DNA of 64,000 nucleotides, from the NCBI GenBank assembly GCA_965215265.1, contig OZ244048.1, positions 2,624,001 through 2,688,000 on the forward strand. Direction: 5' to 3'. A model generated the notes under the pieces. The model had not been told where the DNA came from, ran no database searches, and was given only the letters and a program-made list of their open reading frames with translations. Positions 40,519 through 51,204 of this stretch are shown in pieces (position 1 is the stretch's first letter; the number at the start of each line of letters is the position of its first letter). Origin of the DNA: Candidatus Poribacteria bacterium. GTDB lineage: Bacteria; Poribacteria; WGA-4E; WGA-3G. A program made the position numbers and the translations under genes.

Positions 40519-43332
40519 ATGTTTGACGTAACCTATCCCGCCTTCTTAATCTTACTCGCTGCGCTCCCTTTTCTGATCTTTGTTCTGCGCCAGACAAAGG
40601 TTGCATCGTCAAAATGGCGACAATGGCTGACGTTCAGTCTCAGGTGCAGCGCGATTTTCTGTGCCGTACTCGCCTTGGCAAACTTGCAACGAACCCATCA
40701 CGAACAACGCCTTGCCGTTGTTTTTCTTATAGATACGTCCGACAGCGTTGCGAAATCCGAACGGATGCGAGCCTTCCAGAAAATTAACGCCGCTGTCGCC
40801 AAATTGAAACCTACCGACCTGTTTGGAATTATCGGGTTTGCACAAGAAACATCCATCCTGCAAGATCTCCGGCCGAAGGCAGAGCAGCCCTTGGTAACAT
40901 CGATGGACGTTGACGCAACGATATCGAGTGCTGGAACTGATATTCTCGCGGCACTTAAGCGCGCAATTGCTCTTCTTCCGGAGGGCTATCAACGACGGAT
41001 TGTACTTTTTAGTGACGGTATTCATAACGCAGCCGGCACTGCGCTTATCGACTATCTCCCTCTTATACAAGCGAGCAATGTCGAGATTTTGACAGTACCG
41101 CTCCAAACTGTCCGGGATGCGCTTCAAGTCCATCAATTGCAGCTGCCGGCACAGGTTCGAAAGGGACAACCGTTTTCAATAGCGGCAATCGTTGAGACGG
41201 ATGGAAGTATCCGAACTGTAAATGCTACACTCTATCACAATGACGTTCCAATCTACCAGAGTGAATGGACGCTCCCGAGCGGTAAAAATCAGCTCGCACT
41301 CCCGGCACAACAACTCTCGGAAGAGGGTATCCATACCTACCAACTCAAACTGAATGTAACCGACGAAATCCCGGAAAATAATTCTGCTTATGAAGTCGTC
41401 AAGGTTCAAGGCAAACGTCAGGCAATATATGTAGAAAACGGAGAAGAGGTCGGAAAACAAGGAGCTGCACTTCCGCTAAAAACAGTTCTGGTGGAAAACG
41501 GGTTTGAGGTGGAGATGCTTTCCCCACCAGAAATTCCAACCGAATTGGTAAATCTACAACGAAGTGACGTGCTAATCCTAAGTAATATCTCTGCAGATGC
41601 TTTCTCAACGCAGCAGTTGTCCAACATAGAGCGTTATGTTAGTGAACTTGGGCACGGCTTAGTTGTGATTGGGGGCGACAATGCTTTCGGGCCGGGGGGC
41701 TATGCTGATACTGCGTTGGAACGCGTCCTCCCCGTGGAAATGACACCGCGCGAACGGAAGGATTCCATCGCGCTCTTTTTTGTGATTGATATCTCCGGAA
41801 GCATGGCGAACTATGTTGAAACCCAGCAGAAAATTCAACTCGCTATTGAGGGGGTACGGGCAGGCATCCGCAATTTGAAAGACGAAGATGTGGCTGGACT
41901 CATCGGCTTCAACACAGAAGTTTATGTCATCGCCCAACTCACATCGGAACACGATACGCTGCGCCAAGCAGCAGGAACACTTCGCCCTACAGGTGGAACA
42001 ACGAAGATGAAAGAGGCACTTGATAAGGCAGGCGACATCCTAAAAGCAGCCGATGCAAAACGGAAGCACATCATCCTCCTCTCCGATGGCAATTCTGCGG
42101 GCGAACGTTCTGATTTTCTTACACTTGCCAACGAATTGACACGTGTACACATCGGAATCACCACACTTGCAATAGGTGATGCTGACAAAGCACTGCTTGA
42201 GGAGGTTGCTACAGTTGGCGGTGGCCGTTCACGCTACGTACAAAACGTGCAAGAATTGCCGGTGATTTTGATGGAGACTGTTAAGCAAACGCAAAGTTAT
42301 ATCCTTCAAGAGCCGTTTCAACCGATTCTAACAGATTTAGACGCTCCGCTTTTGGAAGGTATCCGTATGCTGCCGAGGCTCCACGGCTATGTCGCAACTG
42401 CCGAAAAAGAGTTCGCTCAACTCTTTATCCGTTCACATCGGGATGAACCTATTCTGGCCGGCTGGAATTTTGGCTTAGGAAAAAGTATCGCCTGGACTTC
42501 GGATGTCAAACCTGCCTGGGCGCGCGAGTGGGTGCCGTGGCAAAATTTCGGAAGGTTTTGGGGGCAAGTCGTTAATTGGACACTCCGGACCGAGGATGAA
42601 GATACTGACTTTGAGCTCAACGTCTTGAGACAGAACAGTCAAGGCGAGGTGATTATCGATACACAACGTCCGTCACAGGCAACCTATCACCTCCACGTTG
42701 CAGGGCCCGATGGTTCGCGCGATATAGCTACTATGCAACAAACGACACCGACGCGCTACACAGGAAATTTCCGCCTAACAGACAGCGGTGCCTATATCGT
42801 CACCGTAAAGCGGGCAAGTGATAACCGTAAATTGACAGCGACGCTTTCTTTCGCGTACCCGGCGGAATATGCAGAATTCCGAGTGAATTCCCAATTACTG
42901 AAAAGCATCGGAATTTACGAACCGTCCGTAAACCGGCTCGTCCAACATTCAGGCGAACCGATAGAAAATCGCGTCTCGTTGGCTCATACGTTACTAATTG
43001 TGGCTCTCATTCTCTTTGTCTTAGAAATGATTCTTCGCAGAATGAGCATTGCAAACCATTACCTCTCAGAACTATGGGGCCGATTGTGGAACAAACCGAA
43101 CCAAAATGTTCCGGAAATGCTCATTCGGCTGACTCGTAAAAAAGCGGATGCTGTCGGGGCTCCTAATAGCCAGGTTGCTGTGCCAATGGGAGCCGCACGT
43201 GCAACTGCTGCAGCGTATAAAAATACTCACTTTCAAAACAGTACGGAGCAGGAAACGGGCAATAGGGACGTTATGTCGCAGTTGTTAGATGCGAAAAGAA
43301 AGGCCCGTTCGGCCTATACGGACGATTTGTAA
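40519..43332 (+). CDS. VWA-domain membrane protein with glutamine-amidotransferase-like domain
   Basis: BatA-like N-terminus, two DxSxS MIDAS motifs and GGDNAFGPGGY. Confidence 0.85.
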   Translation: MFDVTYPAFLILLAALPFLIFVLRQTKVASSKWRQWLTFSLRCSAIFCAVLALANLQRTHHEQRLAVVFLIDTSDSVAKSERMRAFQKINAAVAKLKPTDLFGIIGFAQETSILQDLRPKAEQPLVTSMDVDATISSAGTDILAALKRAIALLPEGYQRRIVLFSDGIHNAAGTALIDYLPLIQASNVEILTVPLQTVRDALQVHQLQLPAQVRKGQPFSIAAIVETDGSIRTVNATLYHNDVPIYQSEWTLPSGKNQLALPAQQLSEEGIHTYQLKLNVTDEIPENNSAYEVVKVQGKRQAIYVENGEEVGKQGAALPLKTVLVENGFEVEMLSPPEIPTELVNLQRSDVLILSNISADAFSTQQLSNIERYVSELGHGLVVIGGDNAFGPGGYADTALERVLPVEMTPRERKDSIALFFVIDISGSMANYVETQQKIQLAIEGVRAGIRNLKDEDVAGLIGFNTEVYVIAQLTSEHDTLRQAAGTLRPTGGTTKMKEALDKAGDILKAADAKRKHIILLSDGNSAGERSDFLTLANELTRVHIGITTLAIGDADKALLEEVATVGGGRSRYVQNVQELPVILMETVKQTQSYILQEPFQPILTDLDAPLLEGIRMLPRLHGYVATAEKEFAQLFIRSHRDEPILAGWNFGLGKSIAWTSDVKPAWAREWVPWQNFGRFWGQVVNWTLRTEDEDTDFELNVLRQNSQGEVIIDTQRPSQATYHLHVAGPDGSRDIATMQQTTPTRYTGNFRLTDSGAYIVTVKRASDNRKLTATLSFAYPAEYAEFRVNSQLLKSIGIYEPSVNRLVQHSGEPIENRVSLAHTLLIVALILFVLEMILRRMSIANHYLSELWGRLWNKPNQNVPEMLIRLTRKKADAVGAPNSQVAVPMGAARATAAAYKNTHFQNSTEQETGNRDVMSQLLDAKRKARSAYTDDL

Positions 43333-43417
43333 TTGACACCGTTATCTCACTGTATTAAAATAGACGTTGTCAATTATGATCCGAACAAGGTTAAAAACGC
43401 TTTTTAGGAGGAAACCT

Positions 43418-44320
43418 ATGGCAAAAGTCGGGCTCATCGGAGCTGGAAACATGGGAATCGGAATGTCAAGAAACATCTTGAAAGCAGGACATGAACTCAC
43501 GGTATACGATGTGAGGCAGGAGCCTCTACAAGTCCTTGCAAAAGAGGGGGCGCATGCTGCTGCATCTCCGAAAGAGGTTGGCGAACTTGCAGAGGCAGTC
43601 TTTATCATGGTGCTTAACGTGGCTCAGGTTAAAGCCGTGCTTCTCACAGAAACCGGGTTATTAGCGGGACTCAAACCCGGTGCCACCGTTATCTGTACTG
43701 CCACGATCGGGCGTTCACAAGTGCTGGAGGTGGCAGAGCTCCTAACTAAGAACGGGTTTAATATCATTGATGCGCCTGTTAGTGGCGGGGCCCCGGGCGC
43801 GGCTGCTGGTACCCTCACGATGATGGTTGCGGCACCAAAAGAGACGTTTGAGGCATCAAAACCGGTGCTTGAAGCTGTAGGAAAAGACATCTATCACGTT
43901 GGCGAAGAAGTTGGGATGGGACAAACCGTCAAATCTGCATTAGCAGTCCTGATCGGTGTTACGTACGCCGGTATCTTTGAGGCACTCACGCTCGCAGTAA
44001 AGGCAGGCGTAGATCCGGAGATACTGCGCGACGTTGTCAGCACCAGCGTTGTCGGAAACTTCCTTTTTCAGGATACCACAGAAAACATCTTAACCCGGAA
44101 CTTTAAGGGCCAAAGCAATATCGGTACTATGTACAAAGACCTGAGCCTTGCCAAAAATATGGCGAACGACTGCGGGGTACCACTCTTTGCCGCAAGTAGC
44201 GCCTTTGAATTATTTCAGGCCGGAAAAGCAATGAACCCCGATGAAGATAATTGGACGATTATCAAAATTCTGGAGAGTATCGCCGGTGTCGAAGTCAGAA
44301 GAGTAACTGATGCCGAGTGA
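43418..44320 (+). CDS. 3-hydroxyisobutyrate dehydrogenase-family NAD(P)-dependent oxidoreductase
   Basis: IGAGNMG, DAPVSGG and KDL motifs, with AGGAGG RBS. Confidence 0.92.
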   Translation: MAKVGLIGAGNMGIGMSRNILKAGHELTVYDVRQEPLQVLAKEGAHAAASPKEVGELAEAVFIMVLNVAQVKAVLLTETGLLAGLKPGATVICTATIGRSQVLEVAELLTKNGFNIIDAPVSGGAPGAAAGTLTMMVAAPKETFEASKPVLEAVGKDIYHVGEEVGMGQTVKSALAVLIGVTYAGIFEALTLAVKAGVDPEILRDVVSTSVVGNFLFQDTTENILTRNFKGQSNIGTMYKDLSLAKNMANDCGVPLFAASSAFELFQAGKAMNPDEDNWTIIKILESIAGVEVRRVTDAE

Positions 44321-44345
44321 CTGCTTTCAAGCGAAAGGCAAGCGA

Positions 44346-45206
44346 ATGCTAAAACTGGGAACCATAACTGATGGAATTAGCCGGGATTTCGAGTACGCTC
44401 TCGACATCATGCTCGAAACCGGCTTGGAATACGTTGAATTACAGTACCTTTGGGAAAAACAGATTGGCGACTTGACACCTGCCGATGTCAAAAAGGTTAA
44501 GCGCTTAATCGAAGCACGCGATTTAAAGGTATCGTGTATCTCACACCATAATCTATCCGCCATTCCGGTGGATATAGCCACAGACGCGCCGCTCTATCGA
44601 GCTCAGATCGAAACGCTGCAGCGGTGTATTGACACCGCACAAGAACTCGGTACTCAACTCGTCCGAATTTTTAGCTTCCGGAAGGAGATGGTGCTTTTCG
44701 GTGCAGAGCCTATTATCGCTGAAGGCGCATGGGCGACACTCCTGAACCGATTGGAAGAGCCTCTGAGTATGGCAGAAAGTGCCGGTATCACATTGGTTGT
44801 TGAAACCGCGATCTCTGGAAACGTGACATCTGCAGCTCTTGCACGGAAACTGATTGATGAGTTGGGCTCACCATATTTGAAGGTGCTATGGGATCCGTGT
44901 AGTTCTCTCTATTGTACCGAAGTACCTTATCCTGATGGATATGAGATTATCCGGGACCACATCGCGCACGTTCATCTCAAAGATGGAATTGTGAATCTGC
45001 CTGCTGCTACTTTTGATTTTTGCGCGATGCGTCAAGGACAGATGCTCCCTTACTACGATGCCATCGTGAATGCATTAAAAACGGATGGATATCAAGGGGC
45101 AATTTCGTTAGAGAGTGTCTGTACGCCGGAGGGCGGGACACGCGAGGACGGTTTTCGGGAGTCGCTTCCTGTGTTTAAAGAATTTATGGGAGTTGCAGCC
45201 CTTTAA
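44346..45206 (+). CDS. Sugar phosphate isomerase/epimerase (xylose-isomerase-like TIM barrel)
   Basis: LVVE, WDP, HVHLKD and GYQGAISLE motifs. Confidence 0.88.
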   Translation: MLKLGTITDGISRDFEYALDIMLETGLEYVELQYLWEKQIGDLTPADVKKVKRLIEARDLKVSCISHHNLSAIPVDIATDAPLYRAQIETLQRCIDTAQELGTQLVRIFSFRKEMVLFGAEPIIAEGAWATLLNRLEEPLSMAESAGITLVVETAISGNVTSAALARKLIDELGSPYLKVLWDPCSSLYCTEVPYPDGYEIIRDHIAHVHLKDGIVNLPAATFDFCAMRQGQMLPYYDAIVNALKTDGYQGAISLESVCTPEGGTREDGFRESLPVFKEFMGVAAL

Positions 45207-45540
45207 CCGCTTATCAGCCCTAAAAACCCAAACCTGCCAGCCGGATTTTATCCCCCTCGCATGCAAAACGGAAGCGCGGGCGAGGTATACAACCCTCTCA
45301 CGCGCTTACAAATTGTCGTAGATATGCCGGCGGGCGGGGCTGGCTGTTTAGGGATACAGCACCAGAACCCCCAGTCAAACGGCTTATCTGGCAGCTTCCT
45401 CTGTTTGTTTCCAAAGCATCCAATTCACGAAAAGTTTCACGAGAGATTTTTGCGAGAGTAGACTACCACTGCGTTTACACAATACAAAATCCGATAACGT
45501 ATAGAAATATTAACTTGTGTTCGCCGCAGAATCTAACAAA

Positions 45541-45574
45541 TAAGGTTGCAGTCAAAATCTTGACTGCAACCTTA
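45541..45574 (-). terminator. Terminator hairpin (perfect 15-bp inverted repeat)
   Basis: TAAGGTTGCAGTCAA-AATC-TTGACTGCAACCTTA directly after the stop of 45583-46887. Confidence 0.8.
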
Positions 45575-45582
45575 GGTCTGAA

Positions 45583-46887
45583 TTATTTAGCGGATTTTAA
45601 GCTGCCCCAGCGGGTCACTAACTTACCAGCAGGTTCTACCGGGGTGCCTACGCCGCCCGTCGGTTTAAAGACAGCTGTCACGTCTGTTCCACCAACGCCG
45701 GCGAACAGGCTCCAGCCGCCGCCACGTTCACTGACTTTCACCAGCAACAGATTGTCGCCGGCTACCAAGTCAACTTTAAAATCGTCTTGGAAGTCGCCAG
45801 CCCCACGGTTCACGGGATTGGTATGCACTACCTCGCCGTTCAACCACACTTTAACAGAGTCATCGCTTCCGACTTTCATGGGTACACCGCTTTGGGCAGT
45901 TGGGGATTCAAGGGTGATTAGTCCGTAGATTGAATGGTCGTTGATGTCCATATCATCTGCGGTATCTTCGGGATCCCCGCCGTCTACCAAGCCGATCCGA
46001 TTGATAAGATCATTGGCATTATTACCGCCGGTGTCAGCGATTTCGCCGAGTGTCCAGGCAAATTCTCCGACTTCGTCGCCTTCGTTTGCCCCGTTGGTGG
46101 CAACATCGGCCTCAGTGACGGCATCGCCGCTCGCGGCAGCAAGCGAATCTACATCAGTAGAAGCTGCGCCACCTTGGTTCGCTTCCGTCGGCGCTATTAT
46201 CCAGAGCCAGGGACCCGTGATTTTCCCGCTAACAGGCGGCACTGGTTTTTTGTAGACGGCTGTGACATCTGCATCAACGCCGGCGAACAGGCTCCAGCCG
46301 CCGCCGCGTTCGCTGACTTTCACCAGCAATAGATTGTCACCAGCAACTAAATTCACTTCAAACTCATCTTGGAAATCGCCAGCCCCACGGTTGACAGGAT
46401 TGTTGTGAACTTCTTCGCCGTTCAGCCATACTTTGACAGAGTCATCACTGCCGACTTTCATTGTCACGCCGGATTGCTCTGTGGCAGACTCAAGGGTGAT
46501 TAGTCCGTAGATTGAATGGTCGTTGATGTCCATATCATCTGCGGTATCTTCGGGATCTCCGCCGTCTACCAAGCCGATCCGATTGATAAGATCATTGGCA
46601 TTATTACCGCCGGTGTCAGCGATTTCGCCGAGTGTCCAGGCAAACTCACCGACTTCGTCGCCTTCGTTTGCCCCGTTGGCGGCAACATCGGCCTCAGTGA
46701 CGGCATCGCCGCTCGCGGCAGCAAGCGAATCTACATCAGTAGAATTTGCGCCACCTTGGTTCGCTTCCGTCGGCGCTATTATCCAGAGCCAAGGACCTGT
46801 AATTTTATCTTGGGCTTGGGATGTATACGCAATGAGGAAAAGACTCATCAAACAGACCAGCCCGATTGAAAATGTTTTTCTAAACAT
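45583..46887 (-). CDS. Secreted acidic protein with two tandem near-identical ~190-aa beta-sandwich domains and a Poribacteria-type C-terminal motif
   Basis: Signal peptide, GSDDSVKVWLNG twice (582-bp offset), and C-terminal PVEPAGKLVTRWGSLK. Confidence 0.88.
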   Translation of the reverse strand: MFRKTFSIGLVCLMSLFLIAYTSQAQDKITGPWLWIIAPTEANQGGANSTDVDSLAAASGDAVTEADVAANGANEGDEVGEFAWTLGEIADTGGNNANDLINRIGLVDGGDPEDTADDMDINDHSIYGLITLESATEQSGVTMKVGSDDSVKVWLNGEEVHNNPVNRGAGDFQDEFEVNLVAGDNLLLVKVSERGGGWSLFAGVDADVTAVYKKPVPPVSGKITGPWLWIIAPTEANQGGAASTDVDSLAAASGDAVTEADVATNGANEGDEVGEFAWTLGEIADTGGNNANDLINRIGLVDGGDPEDTADDMDINDHSIYGLITLESPTAQSGVPMKVGSDDSVKVWLNGEVVHTNPVNRGAGDFQDDFKVDLVAGDNLLLVKVSERGGGWSLFAGVGGTDVTAVFKPTGGVGTPVEPAGKLVTRWGSLKSAK

Positions 46888-47047
46888 GTAAACCTCCGTT
46901 CAATTTAATAAAAATTAAAGTGAAATTTAATTAATGTTAACTCTCCGATTCGCAACACTATCGATGCGAAGAGAGAGACCTTCTTTTCTTCTTAAATAAT
47001 ATAACAAAACAACACAATTAAATCAAGCAGAAAACGCGAACGCGTGC

Positions 47048-47740
47048 CTAATACGCGTCTTTAATTTTTCCCCATTGCGTTGCCAATTTACCGACTGGTT
47101 CAACGGGAAGCCCTTTGAACTTCAGATTGTAGGTGAGATCAGCATCGATACCGACGAACATACTCCAACCGCCGCCGCGTTCACACACCTTAACCATAAA
47201 CACATTATCGCCTTTTTTTAAATCGACCTCAAATGTGTCCTGAAAATCACCTGCACCACGGTTGACAGGATTGTTGTGAACTTCTTCGCCGTTCATCCAG
47301 ACCTTAATCGAATCATCACTTCCGGCCCGGGCTTCAACATTATCACGCTTTTGTTTGGAGACAACATTGATGACAGAGTAGGCACAATAATCGTTGATAT
47401 CGCCGCCAGGTCCCAATTTAATTTTGTTAAGCATGTCGTTGAGGTTATTTCCACCGACGGGTGCTATTTCACCTTCGGTCCATTCCAGTTTGTCAGGAAA
47501 CTTAACTTTTAGGATTTTATCGGTAATGCCTTCTTCGGCGACTTCTTCTTCGGTAAGTTTGCCTTTTGTGGCTTCATCTATTCCGTCAATATCTGTAGCT
47601 GCTGCTCCGCCCTGTCCAGCATCACTCGGAGTGATTATCCACATCCAAGGACCTTCAATTTTATCCAAGGCATTGGCGAAGTGCACCGTCAGAAAAAATC
47701 CGACTGCACAGAATACGGAAATCCACAATTTTCTTTGCAT
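47048..47740 (-). CDS. Secreted single-domain paralog of the downstream gene
   Basis: KIEGPW, GSDDSIKVWMNG, NRGAGDFQD and PVEPVGKLATQWGKIK motifs. Confidence 0.88.
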   Translation of the reverse strand: MQRKLWISVFCAVGFFLTVHFANALDKIEGPWMWIITPSDAGQGGAAATDIDGIDEATKGKLTEEEVAEEGITDKILKVKFPDKLEWTEGEIAPVGGNNLNDMLNKIKLGPGGDINDYCAYSVINVVSKQKRDNVEARAGSDDSIKVWMNGEEVHNNPVNRGAGDFQDTFEVDLKKGDNVFMVKVCERGGGWSMFVGIDADLTYNLKFKGLPVEPVGKLATQWGKIKDAY

Positions 47741-47811
47741 GGAAACTCTCCTCCTTCCTTTAAAATTAAACACAGACAACATTTTGTCTTTTATAATATA
47801 GCAAGATAATT

Positions 47812-47841
47812 ATTATACCAGATATCCAAAAAAGAAGTCAA
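47812..47841 (-). promoter_or_regulatory. Sigma70 promoter for 47740 gene
   Basis: Minus strand TTGACT-18 bp-TATAAT with extended -10 TG. Confidence 0.6.
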
Positions 47842-47866
47842 GAAGTTTTTTTTCGCTTACTTTCCG

Positions 47867-47895
47867 TTGACAACTTGGCAAAACTAGCGTATAAT
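47867..47895 (+). promoter_or_regulatory. Consensus sigma70 promoter for R-M region
   Basis: TTGACA-17 bp-TATAAT. Confidence 0.75.
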
Positions 47896-47934
47896 TAAAA
47901 ACAGAATTCAAAACAGAACCTGAAAACCAGTCTC

Positions 47935-48560
47935 ATGCAAACACCAAAACAGAAACTACAAACACTCCTCCAACAACTCTTCCGCGCCGATGATGTGCAT
48001 CTAAAAACCGAAGTCATCCCTGTGTCTGACTTTATACTTAACACATATTATGAAGGGGGGGGGTAAATCCAACCTTACCCTCGCGCCCGACTTGGCTTGA
48101 AATCGCCAAATTCATCCACTTCCTCGCCGACATAGAAGACTTCCAAAAACACCTCTGGCTCAAAAAGAAGTTTGTCTTCTCTACCGACTACTGCCTCACG
48201 CGCGACTGTGTCCCTGAAATCGTACATAACCGCGCGCAACACGAGGCATGGGAACGCCCCTTCGCGATTGAGGACATCGCAGGTTACCTCACCAATACGG
48301 ACTATTCTGAGCCGCTCACGGTGGATTTTCTCCAGCAAAACCCGAATCTCGTTCTGTATACCTGCCACTTCGACGCGGACTTCAAAGACCGGCTGCTGGC
48401 ACATTTTACGGATTTGGATGCCCAAACGGATGGACTGCTCATTCACGGTGAGAATTTCCAAGCACTAAATCTTCTGATGGAGAAATATCGTGGCCCCCTA
48501 AGAGGTATTCACATCCATCTGCCCTATAACACCAACATAAGTGGATTTCTGTACAAAAAG
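47935..48560 (+). pseudogene. Fragmented type III R-M Mod-like adenine methyltransferase
   Basis: Pieces in different frames: MQTPKQKLQTLLQQLFRAD; EDFQKHLWLKKKFV; DLDAQTDGLLIHGENFQALNLL; degenerate DPPY (IHIHLPYNT). Confidence 0.8.
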
Positions 48561-48625
48561 CTTATCGCCACTCAAGCTGGTTATTGTGATACTGACCGAT
48601 TTTGTAAGTTTTTCAAGGAGTCTAT

Positions 48626-50863
48626 ATGAATGAGGCACACGCCCGGGTGCGTATTAATTCAATGATAGAATCAGCTGGATTCAAAACACATAATTTCAAC
48701 AGTTCCGATCCCTCTGTTGAATATGAACGTGATGTCCGCAACCATCTCATGCGTGATCGATTGAATAAGGCTGGCAAAGTTCCTGACTATCATTTCTATG
48801 AACCGAATGCCGCTACCCCTATGGCATTCTTAGAGGCCAAACGTTTTCAAGGTGTAAAATTAGAGGATGCTCTTAAGCAAGCAATTGAATATGCAATGAT
48901 TGCTTGTGATACTAACACGCCCGCTATGATAGTTTTTGCATCAGATGGCATACAGGTGCGTTCACGGCATGCTGATGGGCGGGAGTTAACACTGAATAAC
49001 TACCCTATTGATTATATTCCGTCGCCCATCCTTATGCGCGAATTGATTGTGCACCCTACGACGACACAAGGACAAGCGATAAACAGCGTTAAAAGTATCA
49101 TCAAACTCTTTGAAAAGGTGTCGGGGCTCATGCGATCTGACGGCATAGATGCTGGGCTGGAAAGGCTCAGGGAATTCTGCGCCTTGCTTTTCATCAAGAT
49201 TATGAGTGAGAGAGGCAACACATTAGCCCGTGAAAAATGGGATTGCCTTTCGTCTATCACAGGTCAGAATTTGATCTGTGGGTACAAAACTATTCATCAA
49301 GAGTATAGAAAGACTTATGGTGATATCTTCTCGGCAACACAACTCAACAATCCTGTTATTCTTGAGCAGATTATATCCAGCCTCATCCCCATAAACTTCA
49401 CGAATTCTGCAATAGACATAAAAGGCGAGGCGTTTGAGTATTTCCTTGCTGAATATAACGCAGGTGCGAAAAGCGAACTCGGCCAACATTTCACACCGCG
49501 CCATATCACCACTATGATGGCAGCTTTGTTGTCACCCCAAACCGGTGACAAAATCCTTGATCCGTTTTGTGGTACGGGGGGAATGCTCATCTCTATGTAT
49601 CAGTATATAAGAATGGGGCTTGACTCTGAAAAAGCCGACTTTAGAAACAAGTTGCATGAGTTGCAGCGTGCAACTCTTTTCGGGAACGATATTTCTGGCG
49701 GTGCATCCAGCCTGGCCAAAATGAATATGATAATTTTGGGAGATGGGCAAAGCAACATACAACGTGCTGATAGTTTTGATAATTTAGAGCATCACGCATA
49801 CGACAAAGTCATTACCAATATTCCGTTCAACCTCAAAGGGCCAATTAACGCACAACAATGTCTTCCATTTATTCAGGCAAGTGGAATGCCACTTTCTGAT
49901 TACAATAGCTTATGTGTGGTTAAATGCATTGAGTCACTGAAGCATGGCGGCTCAGCGGCTATCGTGCTGCCGCTCACCTTCTGTCATTCACCTGAGTATA
50001 AACAGATTAGAGATTACATCGCAAGAAAAAGTAAGATAAGGGCATGCATTCGGTTACCTAAAAAGACCTTCATTTTCTATACGACTGCACAAACAGCAAT
50101 CCTTATCATCGACAATGCCCATAGACAGCAAACTCGCGATTTTACCTATATCCATCTTAAATCTGACGGCATGTCACAAGACAGCATGAGAGAACCCATC
50201 CCTGAAAATGATATGCAGGAATTGCTGGAATACATATCAGAAAATCGGATACACGAGACACCGGGGGCGGTTGAGATGCAATATAGCAAGGGTGGGAGTT
50301 TCTTGGAATTTCAACAATTGTTTGGTAGTAGTGAAAATGTTTGGAAGTTAGAGGAACTCTTGACGATAAAAGATACCAAACAACCCCTTGAACCTGATAG
50401 GTTGTATGCCCAACCCGGACTTGACAGCCAATCGAATCTTGTGCGTGTAAAGGGAAATCTCCGTTTGGGAAGGAATATCAAAGCAGAGAAGGTTATCGCC
50501 CAAGCAGGTGACTTAATTATCGGCACGCTACATACAAATAGTGGGAACGGTCTTTTTGCCGTAGCTGATCGCGAGTATATCTGCACTTCACAGATTGTAG
50601 CCACAATCCGTGAGGATAGAGTGCCGCCTGAATATCTCATACAAGCACTCCGCAGAGAGTTTTCGAGACAACTTATTCCGACAGATTTAGTAGGACGTGA
50701 AAACTTCACATCCAAGCAGATTCTAAACGTGCTTATTCCGAAACCGAGTGACGTTGAATTGGAAAAATTGTACCACCTGCAAGAAAATATGACAGAATTA
50801 CAATTAGGTTTGGAGGAAAATAGAAATGAGATTCAACAACTACTGAACAAAATCTCGTCGTAA
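48626..50863 (+). CDS. Fused restriction endonuclease-N6 methyltransferase with C-terminal TRD-like region (type IIG/type I-like)
   Basis: PD...EAK nuclease motif, GQHFTPR, LDPFCGTGG and NIPF (NPPF variant). Confidence 0.85.
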   Translation: MNEAHARVRINSMIESAGFKTHNFNSSDPSVEYERDVRNHLMRDRLNKAGKVPDYHFYEPNAATPMAFLEAKRFQGVKLEDALKQAIEYAMIACDTNTPAMIVFASDGIQVRSRHADGRELTLNNYPIDYIPSPILMRELIVHPTTTQGQAINSVKSIIKLFEKVSGLMRSDGIDAGLERLREFCALLFIKIMSERGNTLAREKWDCLSSITGQNLICGYKTIHQEYRKTYGDIFSATQLNNPVILEQIISSLIPINFTNSAIDIKGEAFEYFLAEYNAGAKSELGQHFTPRHITTMMAALLSPQTGDKILDPFCGTGGMLISMYQYIRMGLDSEKADFRNKLHELQRATLFGNDISGGASSLAKMNMIILGDGQSNIQRADSFDNLEHHAYDKVITNIPFNLKGPINAQQCLPFIQASGMPLSDYNSLCVVKCIESLKHGGSAAIVLPLTFCHSPEYKQIRDYIARKSKIRACIRLPKKTFIFYTTAQTAILIIDNAHRQQTRDFTYIHLKSDGMSQDSMREPIPENDMQELLEYISENRIHETPGAVEMQYSKGGSFLEFQQLFGSSENVWKLEELLTIKDTKQPLEPDRLYAQPGLDSQSNLVRVKGNLRLGRNIKAEKVIAQAGDLIIGTLHTNSGNGLFAVADREYICTSQIVATIREDRVPPEYLIQALRREFSRQLIPTDLVGRENFTSKQILNVLIPKPSDVELEKLYHLQENMTELQLGLEENRNEIQQLLNKISS

Positions 50864-51204
50864 ATTTCCGAAACCCAAAACGACTTATTGCGAAAAAGTT
50901 TCTCGTTGTTCGCAATTTTCGCTTGTCAAGTCAGTGATTTCCAAAATCACCGGGAACCCCGAGATAACAAACGTTCATTGTAAAGCCATCCGTGCAGTCA
51001 TGACAGCCGTGTTGAACACTGCGCTTTCGGGCTGCTGTTTTTACTGCCGTCTTCGCCGACATTGAACCCGGCTGTGCGCTTATCACTCGGAAATGTCTGT
51101 GGAGAACATCCTAAAAACTTATCAGGTCTCCGCCTAAGAGCAGCGCAGTAATTAGGGAGTTTACTATAAACCCAAGCAGAAATGCTTGAGTTCATTTTAT
51201 GACT

